64,000 nt of DNA from Candidatus Bathyarchaeota archaeon (GCA_963768425.1 CAVYHV010000008.1:96001-160000); one strand, 5' to 3'; positions 43,196 to 54,282 are shown, counted from the stretch's first letter. Program-made: numbers and translations. Notes: generated from the sequence alone by a model not told the origin.

Positions 43196-44354
43196 TTTCT
43201 ATTGCTTCCTTTGCTCTTTTGATTTCTTTTTCTTCGATAAAAACATTAATGGTTGCCTTGCTCGTTGTAACCTCTATAATGTTGATTCCCGCCTGACTTA
43301 AGGCATTAGCTATTTTTGCGATGCCGCCTGGCGAATCAATGAAGTCAGGGTCGCTGATTTGGATCATAGCGACGTTTTCTCTGTGGCTTACAGCTTTGAA
43401 GTCCTTTATGCTGTGCAGTTGGTTTAGAATTTGAGCGATATCGCCGTCTGTGGTGAAGACCGTTACCGATTTTTTTCCTGAACTGACTCCATAAACTGGT
43501 TTTTCCCTGAGCACAGAAAAGACTTCTCGGATGTTTTGCGTGTTAACTTCGCAGACAATGCTTACTGCAATTAACCCCTGTTGCATCAAAGTTTCAGCGG
43601 AGTTAATGTTGAAGAAGCCGGTGATTTCTGTGCCGCCCTTGGATAGGTTGCCCGAGTTAAAGTCTACTACCCTGAGGGTCTGGTTGGGCAGTTTATATTT
43701 TAGAGCTCCTGCCTTGACGATTTTTGCTCCGCCTTGGGCTAAATCGAACATTTCGTGTATCTCTAGCTTTTCCAGTGGTCTTGGGTTTGGGACTATTTTG
43801 GGGTCTGCTGATAGAACTCCACTTGTTTCTTTTACAAGGATGATTTGGTCAGCGGATATGCATCGAGCAAGAAGCATTGCCGTTGTGTCGCTTCCCCCTC
43901 TTCCTAGAGTGGTAACTTTGCCTTGCGGGTCTTTTCCAAGAAAACCGCACACCACCGGAATAATCTTACCTAAAAGTGGCGTCAGAAACTTTGCTGTCAA
44001 AGATGCCGTTTTCTCTAAGTCGGGTGTCGCGTTACGGAAGTTTTGGTCAGTAACGATAGGCCAGTTATCGTTTGCTGGGTCGAACACTTCAGCTTCTAGT
44101 CCTTGAGCCCTGAGAGCTGCACAGAAAACACGGGCGCTTGTCCTCTCCCCCGTAGATATTATCTCTGCCCAATCAGCGTCACCTACACCGATCCAACTGG
44201 CTGCTTCGGTAAGACTGTCCGTCGTTTTACCCATGGCAGAAACCACAACAACAACTTCGCTAAAACGTGCATCCGCCAGAAGCTTGGCTGCACGCTGGAT
44301 TTTTTCCCCAGACGATAAATCGGCGCCTCCGAACTTAACAACGACTCGAACCAA
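43185..44354 (-). CDS. lysC: Aspartate kinase
   Basis: VKFGG, VSAMG, TLGRGGSD, ACT domain. Confidence 0.92.
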   Translation of the reverse strand: MVRVVVKFGGADLSSGEKIQRAAKLLADARFSEVVVVVSAMGKTTDSLTEAASWIGVGDADWAEIISTGERTSARVFCAALRAQGLEAEVFDPANDNWPIVTDQNFRNATPDLEKTASLTAKFLTPLLGKIIPVVCGFLGKDPQGKVTTLGRGGSDTTAMLLARCISADQIILVKETSGVLSADPKIVPNPRPLEKLEIHEMFDLAQGGAKIVKAGALKYKLPNQTLRVVDFNSGNLSKGGTEITGFFNINSAETLMQQGLIAVSIVCEVNTQNIREVFSVLREKPVYGVSSGKKSVTVFTTDGDIAQILNQLHSIKDFKAVSHRENVAMIQISDPDFIDSPGGIAKIANALSQAGINIIEVTTSKATINVFIEEKEIKRAKEAIENVV

Positions 44355-44366
44355 GATTCCCCGCCT

Positions 44367-45161
44367 TTAAGATAAGCCTAACGCGTCAGCCATGCTGTAG
44401 ACCCTTGGCTCGTTCTGCCTGCTTAACCATTCAGCCGCGTAAACAGCACCTTGCGCAAAAACGTTGCGTGAAAACGCCGTATGCTCTATTCGCAGCATTT
44501 CGTAGGGTCCAGCAACTACCAAGTCGTGGATTCCTGGGATTCCACCTGCACGCAACGACGTGATTTCGAGTTCTCCGGGTTGGCGTGGGCTTATTCCTTC
44601 GCGCCCAGAAACAACTTTGGTGTAGCCCCGGGTGTTAGCGACTATTTCGCCAAGTTTTCTGGCTGTTCCACTTGGAGCATCCTTCTTGCCGATGTGATGT
44701 ATTTCATTTATGCTGAAGTCGTATCCCTCTGGAAAAGCCTTCAGAGACTCTGCCAACTTGAAGAGTATGTTGACGCCTACAGAGTAGTTTGGTGAGAAGA
44801 CAGCTGGAGTTTTGCCTGACATTGTAGCAACGATTTCCTCGTTCTGTTCTGGGGTGAACCCTGTTGTTCCTAAGATTATGCGTTTTCGAAAATTAACTAC
44901 GATTGGAATGTTTATCATTTCGGCGGCTGGCGACGTAAAACTGATGTAGGTGTCTGCGTTTTGAACCGCTTCTTTGAGCCTGTCTGGTCCCATAATTTTT
45001 GTGTCTGAATTGTGGAAGCCCAGTTCTCTTAGGGTTTTGCCAATGCAAGGGTTATTGGGCGCTTCAATTGCTCCTACGATCTGGTGACCTTTGGTTGCCG
45101 CTTCGGCCATGATAGCATTGCCCATTCTGCCTGCCGCGCCAGCTACGCATAACTTAAGCAT
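44367..45161 (-). CDS. dapB: 4-hydroxy-tetrahydrodipicolinate reductase
   Basis: GAAGRMG, GTTG, EIHH..KKDAPSGT. Confidence 0.95.
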   Translation of the reverse strand: MLKLCVAGAAGRMGNAIMAEAATKGHQIVGAIEAPNNPCIGKTLRELGFHNSDTKIMGPDRLKEAVQNADTYISFTSPAAEMINIPIVVNFRKRIILGTTGFTPEQNEEIVATMSGKTPAVFSPNYSVGVNILFKLAESLKAFPEGYDFSINEIHHIGKKDAPSGTARKLGEIVANTRGYTKVVSGREGISPRQPGELEITSLRAGGIPGIHDLVVAGPYEMLRIEHTAFSRNVFAQGAVYAAEWLSRQNEPRVYSMADALGLS

Positions 45162-46191
45162 AGAAAAGGCCTTCCAAGTAGCGTTCATTATACAATCGAT
45201 CTTTCAAGTCCACGTTAAAGTAGTCTGCGATGGGTTGGAGAATTTCAGGGTTTTTCTCGTAGACTTTTCTTACGTTGGTGAGGACCACTTCTAAGCCATT
45301 GCGGGTCATTTTTCCTAGAGGCTGCCTGCATGGACCAGAGGGCATCCCTAATATGTTCATCAACGTTTTGTAGGCCAGCGGGTTTCGTGCTTTGCTGGAT
45401 ACGGCACCGTAAGGTGTCTGTTCCTGTGTTTTCACTGTAACTATGCTGAATAGCGGCTGGAGCGTCTGTGCAATCGCGCTGGCCGCTTCCGCGTTTCCAT
45501 CCAGCAAATAGTGAACCATGTCGACGACCGAGCTTGGGGCGACGTTAGAGACAACTGAAATGACTCCGCTTGCCGAAATGTCTGGCGAAATCATCATGGT
45601 ATAGGTTTTGTCGTCGTCGCCGGATAAAATATCGAAGTCTTCGCCACAGAACTGTCTCGTCAACTCAGCGTTTTTCAAATCGCAAGTTGCTTCTTTTACG
45701 CAACTGACGTTTGGGTATTGATGGTGGAGAACAGCGAGGTCCTGCGGGAGGAGTTGCGTTCCCGTTCTACCCGGGATAATGTATGGAATAATCTGGATTT
45801 CTGGAAACTGCTTTGCGATGGGCTCAACATATTCCCTTCGAATCTCCAGTGAGCTTGGACCGTTATAATATGGATCTACAAGTAGGACGCATTTGACGCC
45901 GGTTCGCTGAGCATGTTCTGTGCCTTCGATGGCTTCTTGAGTTGAGTTGCTTCCCGTCCCAGCGATGGTTAAGACTCTTTGGCTTGCGAACTCGTGTATT
46001 TTTTCGATTACTTTGTTGTGTTCGCTCCATTCTAAGGTTGGGCTTTCGCCGGTTGTTCCGACTGCAAGGATTCCTTTTGCCCCTTGATCTATTTGGAAAT
46101 CTACTAGTTGACGTAATCCTTCGTAATCGACTTGACGATCAGACGTCATAGGAGTTATTAAGGCAGTATAACAGCCGCTAAATTTTACCAT
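45154..46191 (-). CDS. dapA: 4-hydroxy-tetrahydrodipicolinate synthase
   Basis: TALITP, GTTGES, PYYN, KEA, LSGDD. Confidence 0.94.
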   Translation of the reverse strand: MVKFSGCYTALITPMTSDRQVDYEGLRQLVDFQIDQGAKGILAVGTTGESPTLEWSEHNKVIEKIHEFASQRVLTIAGTGSNSTQEAIEGTEHAQRTGVKCVLLVDPYYNGPSSLEIRREYVEPIAKQFPEIQIIPYIIPGRTGTQLLPQDLAVLHHQYPNVSCVKEATCDLKNAELTRQFCGEDFDILSGDDDKTYTMMISPDISASGVISVVSNVAPSSVVDMVHYLLDGNAEAASAIAQTLQPLFSIVTVKTQEQTPYGAVSSKARNPLAYKTLMNILGMPSGPCRQPLGKMTRNGLEVVLTNVRKVYEKNPEILQPIADYFNVDLKDRLYNERYLEGLFYA

Positions 46192-46337
46192 TCCGAATTC
46201 CTCATTTTGGCTGAAACAATCACACGTTGATTGTATTTAAGTATTACGTTTTCATTATATTTTTTACTAAAATAGTAAAGAAGTTACATAAAATGTTCCA
46301 ACAATCAGAACTTCGTCCGATTTCCTTTCCAGAAGCC

Positions 46338-46649
46338 TCATTTTTCAGTAAGTGACAAAACATGATACGCTGTAAAAACACCGTCGTAGCCATAGTAGAG
46401 CTGGCGCAAATAATCAACCGCATCATCGATAGTTCCTGCAGAAGGAATAATAAGCTTGTAATTGTCGGATCGAACAACGACTTCAATCCTTCCCATTTCC
46501 CTCTTAGATATCTTCAATCGCAGAACATTTCGACCGCACAGGTAAACCGCATTCTCTCCGCGCCAGGGCACACCTTTTCTAACATCAATTGTTTTTTTAC
46601 CATTCTTCAACCATTCGAACGCTTCTTTCTTTGTACGGAATACAGGCAA
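46338..46649 (-). CDS. ASCH/PUA-like domain protein
   Basis: FEWLKNGKKTIDVR motif. Confidence 0.7.
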   Translation of the reverse strand: MPVFRTKKEAFEWLKNGKKTIDVRKGVPWRGENAVYLCGRNVLRLKISKREMGRIEVVVRSDNYKLIIPSAGTIDDAVDYLRQLYYGYDGVFTAYHVLSLTEK

Positions 46650-46752
46650 GGAAGCACCAAACCGAGAATGCAGACGACTGGAAAATAAGCTTTAAGTCGA
46701 AATCCGAATAACGATAGGATGTGAAAAAATGGGTGGAACGAGACGGCTCAGT

Positions 46753-46950
46753 TTAACCTTTGCCTTTCTCTTCTTTACCGAAGTATTTGGTCCATTTTAA
46801 TTTGCGTGCGTCGCGTTTGAAAAGTAAGGAGCTTTTTTTGCATTTGCCAGAATCGAACCATAGAATTGATCCGTCGTTCTTAACGTACATCATCCCTGTG
46901 CCAGCTGGGAAATCAGCTCCACAGAACGAACATTTGCGGTTTTTCGGCAT
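46753..46950 (-). CDS. rpl24e: 50S ribosomal protein L24e
   Basis: CSFCG..GTGMMYVKNDG..KLKWT. Confidence 0.95.
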   Translation of the reverse strand: MPKNRKCSFCGADFPAGTGMMYVKNDGSILWFDSGKCKKSSLLFKRDARKLKWTKYFGKEEKGKG

Positions 46951-46970
46951 GGAATTTTTCTCCTACACAT

Positions 46971-47189
46971 TTACCTGGTGATTTTCTTTGCTTCCCTTTC
47001 TGTCTCTCTCAGCATCAGAATGTCTTGCACTCGCACTGGTCCTTTAACGTTGCGTGTTATGATTCTGCCTTTGTCTTTGCCTTCCATGATGCGCACTCGA
47101 ACCTGAGTGATTTCTCCAGTAACGCCTGTGCGACCTATGATTTGTATAACTTCAGACGGAATAAGTTCTTCAGCTGATTCTTTGCTCAT
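46971..47189 (-). CDS. rps28e: 30S ribosomal protein S28e
   Basis: [22 protein letters not shown]. Confidence 0.96.
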   Translation of the reverse strand: MSKESAEELIPSEVIQIIGRTGVTGEITQVRVRIMEGKDKGRIITRNVKGPVRVQDILMLRETEREAKKITR

Positions 47190-47569
47190 TACTGAGATCC
47201 TCGTTTAACCTGGTCAATCCGAGTGATGATTTCTTTGATTAATCCTGTGGCTTCGCCTTCTTTGAGTATGCATGCTGCTGCGCAAGGAACGTCTATGCCT
47301 AATGCGTTGCCTAGCTTGATTTTTTCGGGGACAAAAACGTACGGAATTTTTCTTTCGTCGCAGAGAAGCGGCAAATGTGCTACTACTTCCGGTGGATCAA
47401 CATCTTCTGCTATTATGACAAGTTTTGCTTGAGCTCGTTCAACAGCTTTTGTCGCTTCGTTAGTTCCTTTCCTAACTACTCCTGATTTAGAAGCAATGGA
47501 TAGGGCTTCATAGGCTGCATCTACGATTTCTTTCGGTACTTCATATTTTACATAAAACGGTTTGGACAT
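47189..47569 (-). CDS. rpl7ae: 50S ribosomal protein L7Ae
   Basis: [26 protein letters not shown]. Confidence 0.96.
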   Translation of the reverse strand: MSKPFYVKYEVPKEIVDAAYEALSIASKSGVVRKGTNEATKAVERAQAKLVIIAEDVDPPEVVAHLPLLCDERKIPYVFVPEKIKLGNALGIDVPCAAACILKEGEATGLIKEIITRIDQVKRGSQ

Positions 47570-47705
47570 ATTAGCCTCACCCTTTTAAGGCACAGTTTTA
47601 TCCACACTTCTTCTTTAAGAAGCTTTCTACGCAAAAACACCTGTATTTAGCGTGCGCCTTATAAAGACTTTAGAAAGCTTTAAATAAACATCTACGGTCA
47701 CCTAC

Positions 47706-47975
47706 ATGTTTTCGAGAGGGGAATGGCGCAGTTTGCAAAAATTGGGAAGAGTGCGGGCGTTAACTCCATCCAAAAACGTTATAGTAAAGGCCGAAAATGT
47801 CCCAAAAATCGGGACAGAAGTTGTTGATGAAAACCTCACAGTAGTTGGCAAAGTTTTCGATATTATAGGTCCAGTGTCTGCTCCTTATGCAGTGGTTAAG
47901 CCGACAATAAGTGAACCGGTTAAACTATTGAATAAGCCAGTGTACTTGCTTCTCTCGAAGATAAAGAGGCGCTAA
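47706..47975 (+). CDS. gar1: H/ACA RNP protein Gar1/Naf1
   Basis: VGKVFDIIGPVSAPY; conserved position before tfb. Confidence 0.85.
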   Translation: MFSRGEWRSLQKLGRVRALTPSKNVIVKAENVPKIGTEVVDENLTVVGKVFDIIGPVSAPYAVVKPTISEPVKLLNKPVYLLLSKIKRR

Positions 47976-47980
47976 AATGA

Positions 47981-48946
47981 ATGATTGGAGACAGCAAGAT
48001 ACATGAAGAATCTGACCCATCTGCAAAACCAGAACCCCCCAAGATCCAGTCATGCCCTGAATGCGGCAGCACACGTCTTATGCGGGATTACGAACAAGCG
48101 GAAATAGTTTGCATGGACTGCGGTATTGTAGTGCAGCAGAAAATAGCTGACCGCGGACCGGAGTGGAGGGCGTTTGATGATGAACAGAGGTCGAAAAGAA
48201 CCAGGGTTGGAGCACCACTAACTTACACGATTCACGATAAAGGTTTGTCAACGACCATTGATTGGCATGACCGAGACATCTACGGTAAAAGTCTCTCGCC
48301 AGGGCAGAAAGCTCAGGTTTATCGTCTTAGAAAATGGCAGAGACGCATCAGGGTTTCAGACGCAACAGAACGAAACTTAGCGTTTGCCCTTTCTGAAATA
48401 ACAAAGATATCCAACAACCTGAATCTTCCAAAGAACATTCTTGAAACCGCTTCAGTCATCTATCGGAAAGCTGTGAAAGAACGTCTTATCAGAGGTAGGT
48501 CAATTCAGGGTGTCACTTCAGCAGCACTTTACTTAGCATGCAGACAATGCGGTTTACCGCGCACCCTTGACGAAATCGCTCAAGCTTCAACCGTGAACAA
48601 GAAAGAAGTTGGTCGAAGTTACCGTTTCCTGATAAGAGAACTAAACTATTCAATTCCGCCGTTGAGGCCAAGCCAATACATAACAAAGTTTTCCAACCAA
48701 CTTACCATGCAGGGGAAAGTTGAAGAAATCGCACACAAAATTCTTGCAGCGGCCAAAGAACTCAAGCTCACTTCGGGTAGGGGACCAACTGGAATCGCGG
48801 CGGCTGCAAGCTACATAGCATCAGTCTTAACAGGCGAAAGGAAAACCCAAAGGGAAATCGCTGAAATTGCACAGGTAACAGAAGTCACCATTCGGAATAG
48901 GTATAAGGAACTTGTTGAACGGCTGATGTTCCAGATCAGCATCTGA
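47981..48946 (+). CDS. tfb: Transcription initiation factor IIB
   Basis: CPECG..C..CG Zn ribbon, GPEWRAF, two cyclin folds. Confidence 0.97.
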   Translation: MIGDSKIHEESDPSAKPEPPKIQSCPECGSTRLMRDYEQAEIVCMDCGIVVQQKIADRGPEWRAFDDEQRSKRTRVGAPLTYTIHDKGLSTTIDWHDRDIYGKSLSPGQKAQVYRLRKWQRRIRVSDATERNLAFALSEITKISNNLNLPKNILETASVIYRKAVKERLIRGRSIQGVTSAALYLACRQCGLPRTLDEIAQASTVNKKEVGRSYRFLIRELNYSIPPLRPSQYITKFSNQLTMQGKVEEIAHKILAAAKELKLTSGRGPTGIAAAASYIASVLTGERKTQREIAEIAQVTEVTIRNRYKELVERLMFQISI

Positions 48947-49033
48947 CCACTCCTCTCTCCATTTTCAGGTTTGCTATCGGTGAGGATTTAGACGGCGACT
49001 AAGTCTTGTAGAAAAGCGGCGCAAAAGCCCCAA

Positions 49034-49270
49034 ATGGCAGAGTTAGTTTGCAAACTCCGGGAAATACAGGTTGAACTTAAGCAAAGCCTATCTGATCTTC
49101 AAATGAAGTTGGAGCCTTTTTATTCTGAGCCTGATTTTTTAACAAATCTGGACGGTACCAAGCGTAATGCAGAAACTAGAGCTAGTAGTCTCGAAGCTGA
49201 AGTAAAACAGCTCCGTGAAGAACTTAAAGCCATCAGAGACCTCTTAGGATCCAAAGGCGAGAAAGAATAG
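49034..49270 (+). CDS. Small coiled-coil hypothetical protein
   Basis: Heptad pattern LEAEVKQLREEL. Confidence 0.55.
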   Translation: MAELVCKLREIQVELKQSLSDLQMKLEPFYSEPDFLTNLDGTKRNAETRASSLEAEVKQLREELKAIRDLLGSKGEKE

Positions 49271-49339
49271 TTCCTTACCGAATTACTTTCAAATTAAACA
49301 GCTATTTTTTTAAGTAGCCTGATTGCATAAATAATGCGT

Positions 49340-49954
49340 ATGCCCTATAAATTTACGTTTGACCTCTCCAAGGTTCCGCATTTCTTCTTCGTCGAGATTG
49401 CTACAGTGAGCTACCAGAAGGGCATGCACAGAACCTTAATCAAAAAAATGCAACAAATGATTCTAAAGTTCAAGATCCAAGAAGCAACGGGACTCAACCT
49501 CTCTGACGCTTTGGTTTTGCTTCAGGATTTTATCGACTTGCAAGCGGTAAATTCGATAGAGAGAGGCAAATTCTTGCAGACTAAGAAGAGAGCACTTTTC
49601 CTTTCTCACTGCACAAGAAAATACCTGGATAGTCGCTGCAAAGCAGTTTTTGATGCAAACATCCCATCCTACTCATGTTCTCACTGTTCAGAAGACTGCT
49701 TAGTCAGCAAGTCTGATTGCTTAGCCAAAGAAAGAGGCTATGACGTTTACGTGGTGCCAGGCGGTTCCTGTATACCTAAGATTTTGAAGAGTACGCATTA
49801 CGAAGGCGTTGTGGGAATTGCGTGCGGCGAAGAAATGAAGATTCTAGGCCCGCTTTTAAATAGCTTGGATGTAGCCGGGCAAGCTATACCGTTGCTGAAA
49901 AACGGCTGCGCAAACACCGTTTTTAACATGGAAACTCTCGTCAAAGTTCTTTAG
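49340..49954 (+). CDS. DUF116 family protein, copy 1
   Basis: LFLSHC, CSHCS..C, VPGGS, GIAC, PLLKNGC. Confidence 0.85.
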   Translation: MPYKFTFDLSKVPHFFFVEIATVSYQKGMHRTLIKKMQQMILKFKIQEATGLNLSDALVLLQDFIDLQAVNSIERGKFLQTKKRALFLSHCTRKYLDSRCKAVFDANIPSYSCSHCSEDCLVSKSDCLAKERGYDVYVVPGGSCIPKILKSTHYEGVVGIACGEEMKILGPLLNSLDVAGQAIPLLKNGCANTVFNMETLVKVL

Positions 49955-50081
49955 CCTAAGAACTTGCCACGTCAAGAACTTGAAACACTGGCATCCCGCG
50001 TGATGCTAAAATAAAATTCAGGTTCATTATTCATATGCGCAAGATATTCTTTTTAAGTTCGGGTATTTATTCATGTGAGTC

Positions 50082-50696
50082 ATGCCATATAAGTTTACTT
50101 TCGACATTTCAAAAGCCCCACAACATTTCTTCATAGAGCTCGCCATCGTCGGTAACCAAATGGGCATTCAAAAGGTTTTAGAGAAAACCCTGCAGGAACT
50201 CATCAGAAAATTCAAAATTCAGGAAGTTTCAGGACTAAACATTCAAGATACTGTGGTGCTAATACAAGACCTCCTCAAGATGCAAACCTTGAATCTAGTA
50301 CAGAAATCCAAGTTTTTACAGACCAAAAACAGGGCGCTGTTCCTTCCTCACTGTTCCAGGAAATACATGGATAGTCGATGCCAAGCCATTTTTGAACCAA
50401 GCTTGTCTTCGTATGTTTGTGCTCATTGTTCAGTTGACTGTTACATTAACAAGGCGGAACGAATCGCCAAAGAAAAAGGCTATGACGTTTACGTATTATC
50501 TGGGGGTTCTTGTATGCCTAATATTTTGAAACAGAAGAAGTACGAGGGTGTTGTAGGTGTTGCATGCGGTCCAGAAGTAGTTATGTCCGGTGAAAAGCTA
50601 AGCAGTATAGGCATGGCTTGGCAATCCGTTCCGCTGCTGAAGAACGGCTGCGCAAACACCGTCTTCAACATGGAAACACTAGTAAAAGTCCTGTAG
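50082..50696 (+). CDS. DUF116 family protein, copy 2
   Basis: LFLPHC, CAHCS..C, GGS, GVAC, PLLKNGC. Confidence 0.85.
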   Translation: MPYKFTFDISKAPQHFFIELAIVGNQMGIQKVLEKTLQELIRKFKIQEVSGLNIQDTVVLIQDLLKMQTLNLVQKSKFLQTKNRALFLPHCSRKYMDSRCQAIFEPSLSSYVCAHCSVDCYINKAERIAKEKGYDVYVLSGGSCMPNILKQKKYEGVVGVACGPEVVMSGEKLSSIGMAWQSVPLLKNGCANTVFNMETLVKVL

Positions 50697-51138
50697 CCTA
50701 GGCATTTAACGCCCCGTAAAAGTTTGGGTTCAGCAACGTCTTTAATTTTGACCAAAAAAATAATGCTTGATGTGACTTTGCCTTCAAAGCAAAGCAGGAA
50801 TCAAGACATGCTACGGAACGCGCGAAAAATGCCCCGAATCTGGTTATTAGATCACTTCTGTAAAGAAAAACTCCGCGGAGTCCAGGACTCCTTTGTCAAA
50901 AACTTGGACGTTTCAACTGTGCAAAACTTGCGGTGCTGTAGCTGGAATCTTACACTAGCCGCATAGAAGCAAACGTAAATCATAACTGGTTCCTTGATTT
51001 TGTTTGAACATCGCCGATACTTATTGAAAACTGTTTGTCTCAACAGGATAGAGGCTTTTCTTGAGAAGCAGCCAGGAGTTTTCTCAAATCATTAGAGACT
51101 CAGCTACCTTGCAAACGAAATAAAAGAAAAATTAACGA

Positions 51139-51300
51139 TTACTTCACTATTTCTCGTTTCTTCCAGCGCAGGTTCTTGCCTTTGCATTTTCTGCATTTAA
51201 CCGCGGTTTCAGCGTTTCTTGCGCCGCAGTCCCTGCAGATTTTCATGTAAAGCCTGTGCTTTTGCGCGATGGCTTTTTTTACTGGGTCTAATATCGGCAT
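51139..51300 (-). CDS. rpl40e: 50S ribosomal protein L40e (absent from ORF track)
   Basis: Manual translation MPILDPVKKAIAQKHRLYMKICRDCGARNAETAVKCRKCKGKNLRWKKREIVK. Confidence 0.95.
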   Translation of the reverse strand: MPILDPVKKAIAQKHRLYMKICRDCGARNAETAVKCRKCKGKNLRWKKREIVK

Positions 51301-51393
51301 TTTGTTGTTGACCTTCTATTTTGGCTAACTCTTTGATGCTTAAGTATCAAATATACCTTTTTGTCTTCAACTGCGTTTTGGCGAGCGAAGAAG

Positions 51394-51861
51394 CTACTTG
51401 ATTTCTTCTATTGTGACGTACGATCGGGTGTCTTCAATCCCGTCTATTCCGTAGAGTTTCTTTAGGACATCGTCCAGATTGTCGCGTTCAACAATTATTA
51501 GGGCATCGACTTCTCCGGCTATGCGGAATGCTCTGGATACGGCGAGCTCTCGGATTTGGTCGTAGACGTGTATCCGTTTGATGGGTGATACTTTGAGGAG
51601 GATGAAGGCAGGCGTTGTGGATATGCCGAGTGCATTTAAGCCTTTGTCGGTAACGTCTATAAAGCCTCTGCCGGTGCGGATGTAACCGCGGCTTTTCAGT
51701 TTGCGCAGATGTACGTTTAACGCTTGTCTGCTGACGCCTAATTGTCCTGAAAGTTCGTCTTGTTTCACTCTTAGGGTGTAAGTGTTTGTGGATTTTCCTT
51801 TCTCGTAGAGGGTTTTTAAAAGCTGTATTGAACGTTTAGTTAGTGGTTCCAATTTGGTCAC
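51394..51861 (-). CDS. Lrp/AsnC-type transcriptional regulator
   Basis: HTH QDELSGQLGVSRQALNVHL plus RAM-like C-terminal domain. Confidence 0.8.
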   Translation of the reverse strand: MTKLEPLTKRSIQLLKTLYEKGKSTNTYTLRVKQDELSGQLGVSRQALNVHLRKLKSRGYIRTGRGFIDVTDKGLNALGISTTPAFILLKVSPIKRIHVYDQIRELAVSRAFRIAGEVDALIIVERDNLDDVLKKLYGIDGIEDTRSYVTIEEIK

Positions 51862-52119
51862 TTACGTGATGTTTTGTTAAGTTAAACCTTTACAAAAGTG
51901 AGAGGTTGCTTAAGAATTTGATGCTTGGTAACAAAGTAAAAAAGATGGCGCTGAAAAAAGTTTAGCAAGTAAACAATCGTTGGTGATTACGAATGGGCGG
52001 CTGAAAAAACTCATTTGCGAACTTAAGCAATTAGTCAACGCTTGTACCACAACATATTTATTTTCAAAGAAATCTTTAGTCAAGCCACTTAAAAAGTGAA
52101 CTAGGAGTGAAGCGAGGGC

Positions 52120-52398
52120 GTGCCCGAAGTCAACGCGGTCTTAATTGGGAAAAAGCCGATAATGAACTATGTCCTTGCATGCATCACGTTCTTTCATGGC
52201 GGAGCAAAAGAAGTAAGCATAAAAGCACGGGGAAGATCCATCAGCCGAGCGATAGATGTCGCAGAGGTTGTTAGGCACAGGTTTCTTCCCGACGTCAAGA
52301 TTAAGAGCATTGGAATCGGTACGGATCAGTTGCTGGCGCAGGAGGAAGGAAACTCGCCAACTAATGTGAGCACAATTGAAATAACGTTGATCAGGTAG
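52120..52398 (+). CDS. albA: DNA/RNA-binding protein Alba
   Basis: [32 protein letters not shown]. Confidence 0.95.
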   Translation: MPEVNAVLIGKKPIMNYVLACITFFHGGAKEVSIKARGRSISRAIDVAEVVRHRFLPDVKIKSIGIGTDQLLAQEEGNSPTNVSTIEITLIR

Positions 52399-52438
52399 CG
52401 AAGTAGCGAAACTCCTAATTGCAGGAAAACAGACACCA

Positions 52439-52948
52439 ATGAAAACGGAACTATGCAGTTTCTGCTTGAAAAGCGGAATGTTATGTCAGAAGTGTTCAGC
52501 TAAAGTTAAAGCAGGCGAAATCAGCGAGGTAGACCTGAAAATCGCACGTCTACTTCTGTCCCTCGAGGACAAGTATCCAAGTCTGCAAAACGTCTGCTTC
52601 TACAAGGCTGTCGATGTAGATAAGACCTTAGCCATCATCGTAGGCCACGGAGACGTCCCGAAAATTTTGGGTTACAGTGGAAAAATCGTGAAGGCCATAG
52701 GCGATGAAACAGGCAAGAATGTTAAGGTTTTGGAGAACGGGGTGGACGATCGCAAATTCCTCGAAGACCTCTTCATCCCTTTCAGCATACTGACGATCAA
52801 CACTATCTGGATTCCAGACGGCACAACAGAGACTCGAGTAATTCTTAAGCGCAAGCGGGGTGCGCAGATGCCTTATGACCTTAAGGCTTTAAAGGAAATC
52901 GCCAGCAAAGTACGTAAAATGTCCTTACGCGTTGAAATCGCGGATTAA
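52439..52948 (+). CDS. NusA-like KH-domain protein
   Basis: CSFCLKSGMLCQKC plus KH-like GYSGKIVK; typical neighbour of aspS. Confidence 0.75.
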   Translation: MKTELCSFCLKSGMLCQKCSAKVKAGEISEVDLKIARLLLSLEDKYPSLQNVCFYKAVDVDKTLAIIVGHGDVPKILGYSGKIVKAIGDETGKNVKVLENGVDDRKFLEDLFIPFSILTINTIWIPDGTTETRVILKRKRGAQMPYDLKALKEIASKVRKMSLRVEIAD

Positions 52949-52950
52949 GG

Positions 52951-54282
52951 ATGGCGATTGCCATGAACTTGGACTCTATAGGCGACTGGAATAGAACTCA
53001 CTATACAAGCAACGTGACCCCTGAAATGGACGGGGGAGCAATAACCCTTTTTGGTTGGGTACAAGAAATCCGCGACCTAGGCGGAATACGTTTTATTATA
53101 TTACAGGACCGGGAAGGAACAATCCAGGTCACCCTTCCCAAGAAGAGAATTCTGCCCGAAGTCCTATCCAAATCTGACCTTCTCCAGAAGCGGTTCAGCT
53201 TGGCCGTGAAGGGGACGGTTAAGAAAACTACCATGACTCCAAGAGGCGTCGAAGTTATCCCAAACGCAATCAAAATCTTAAGCGCTGCCACCGAACAGTT
53301 GCCCATCGACATCACCGGGAAAACACCCGCGAACATAGAAGCACGACTGGATGCACGTGCGCTGGATCTGTCTTCGGAAAAAAGTTTAGCTGCCTTCAAG
53401 ATTCAGCACATAGCCCTTGAAGCAATCCGAAGTTACCTGTTTGAAAAGGGTTTTTTGGAAGTTCACACTCCACGCATCATTGGCTCGGCAACCGAAGGAG
53501 GCGCGGAGCTTTTCTGTGTGGATTATTTTGGTCAAAAGGCCTATCTTGCGCAGAGCCCGCAGCTGTACAAAGAAGAATTAACGATGAGCTTCGAGAAGGT
53601 TTTCGAAGTTGGCCCGTTCTTTAGGGCGGAAGAATCGCATACCCGCCGGCACCTTAGCGAGTTCACTTCTGTTGATATTGAGCAGGCTTTTGCGAATGCA
53701 CAGGATGTTATGGGGCTTCTAGAGCAGGTGATTCATTATGCTTGCGTTACGGTTAGGGCGAAGTGCAAAGCTGAGCTTTCCGTGCTCAAGTACAAGTTTG
53801 AAGTGCCAGACGTTCCCTTTAAACGCTTAACTTACGACCAGGTTCTAAACGACCTGAAAGCGCATGGTGTTAATATTTCATGGGGTGAAGACATCCCCAC
53901 CGAAGCCTTCCGCGAACTTGGCAAACTTTACCCATACTTCTACTTCATAACTGACTGGCCAACGCATGCAAAAGCTTTCTACATCAAGCCGCGCGATGAT
54001 AAGCCGGAGGTTTGCGAGGGTTTCGATTTGATGTGGCGCTACATAGAGCTCGTTTCAGGCGGAACGAGAATCTCCCAAAAAGAGCAGCTGTTGCAGAGGC
54101 TTGGCGAGAAAGGATTGAACCCTGAATCCTTCAAGTATCATCTGCAGGCGTTCGATTACGGAATGCCTCCGCACGCTGGATGGGCTATTGGACTCGAAAG
54201 GTTAACGATGATTATGACGGGGAAGAAGAACATCCGCGAGGTTACGCTATATCCCCGTGACCGAGTGAGATTAACTCCGTAA
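52951..54282 (+). CDS. aspS: Aspartate--tRNA ligase (archaeal type)
   Basis: OB fold, ATEGGA, QSPQLYK, FRAE, GMPPHAG..GLER. Confidence 0.95.
   Translation: MAIAMNLDSIGDWNRTHYTSNVTPEMDGGAITLFGWVQEIRDLGGIRFIILQDREGTIQVTLPKKRILPEVLSKSDLLQKRFSLAVKGTVKKTTMTPRGVEVIPNAIKILSAATEQLPIDITGKTPANIEARLDARALDLSSEKSLAAFKIQHIALEAIRSYLFEKGFLEVHTPRIIGSATEGGAELFCVDYFGQKAYLAQSPQLYKEELTMSFEKVFEVGPFFRAEESHTRRHLSEFTSVDIEQAFANAQDVMGLLEQVIHYACVTVRAKCKAELSVLKYKFEVPDVPFKRLTYDQVLNDLKAHGVNISWGEDIPTEAFRELGKLYPYFYFITDWPTHAKAFYIKPRDDKPEVCEGFDLMWRYIELVSGGTRISQKEQLLQRLGEKGLNPESFKYHLQAFDYGMPPHAGWAIGLERLTMIMTGKKNIREVTLYPRDRVRLTP

Noticed and set aside
38806-46191. Complete dap/lys operon (and the mvk-UbiD-AcnX cluster) as novel systems
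   Set aside because: They match the established DapL lysine pathway and the archaeal modified mevalonate pathway.
50700-51130. Short ORFs 50724-50966 and 50852-51043
   Set aside because: No motifs and they overlap on opposite strands; likely spurious, as are the many antisense ORFs shadowing real genes.
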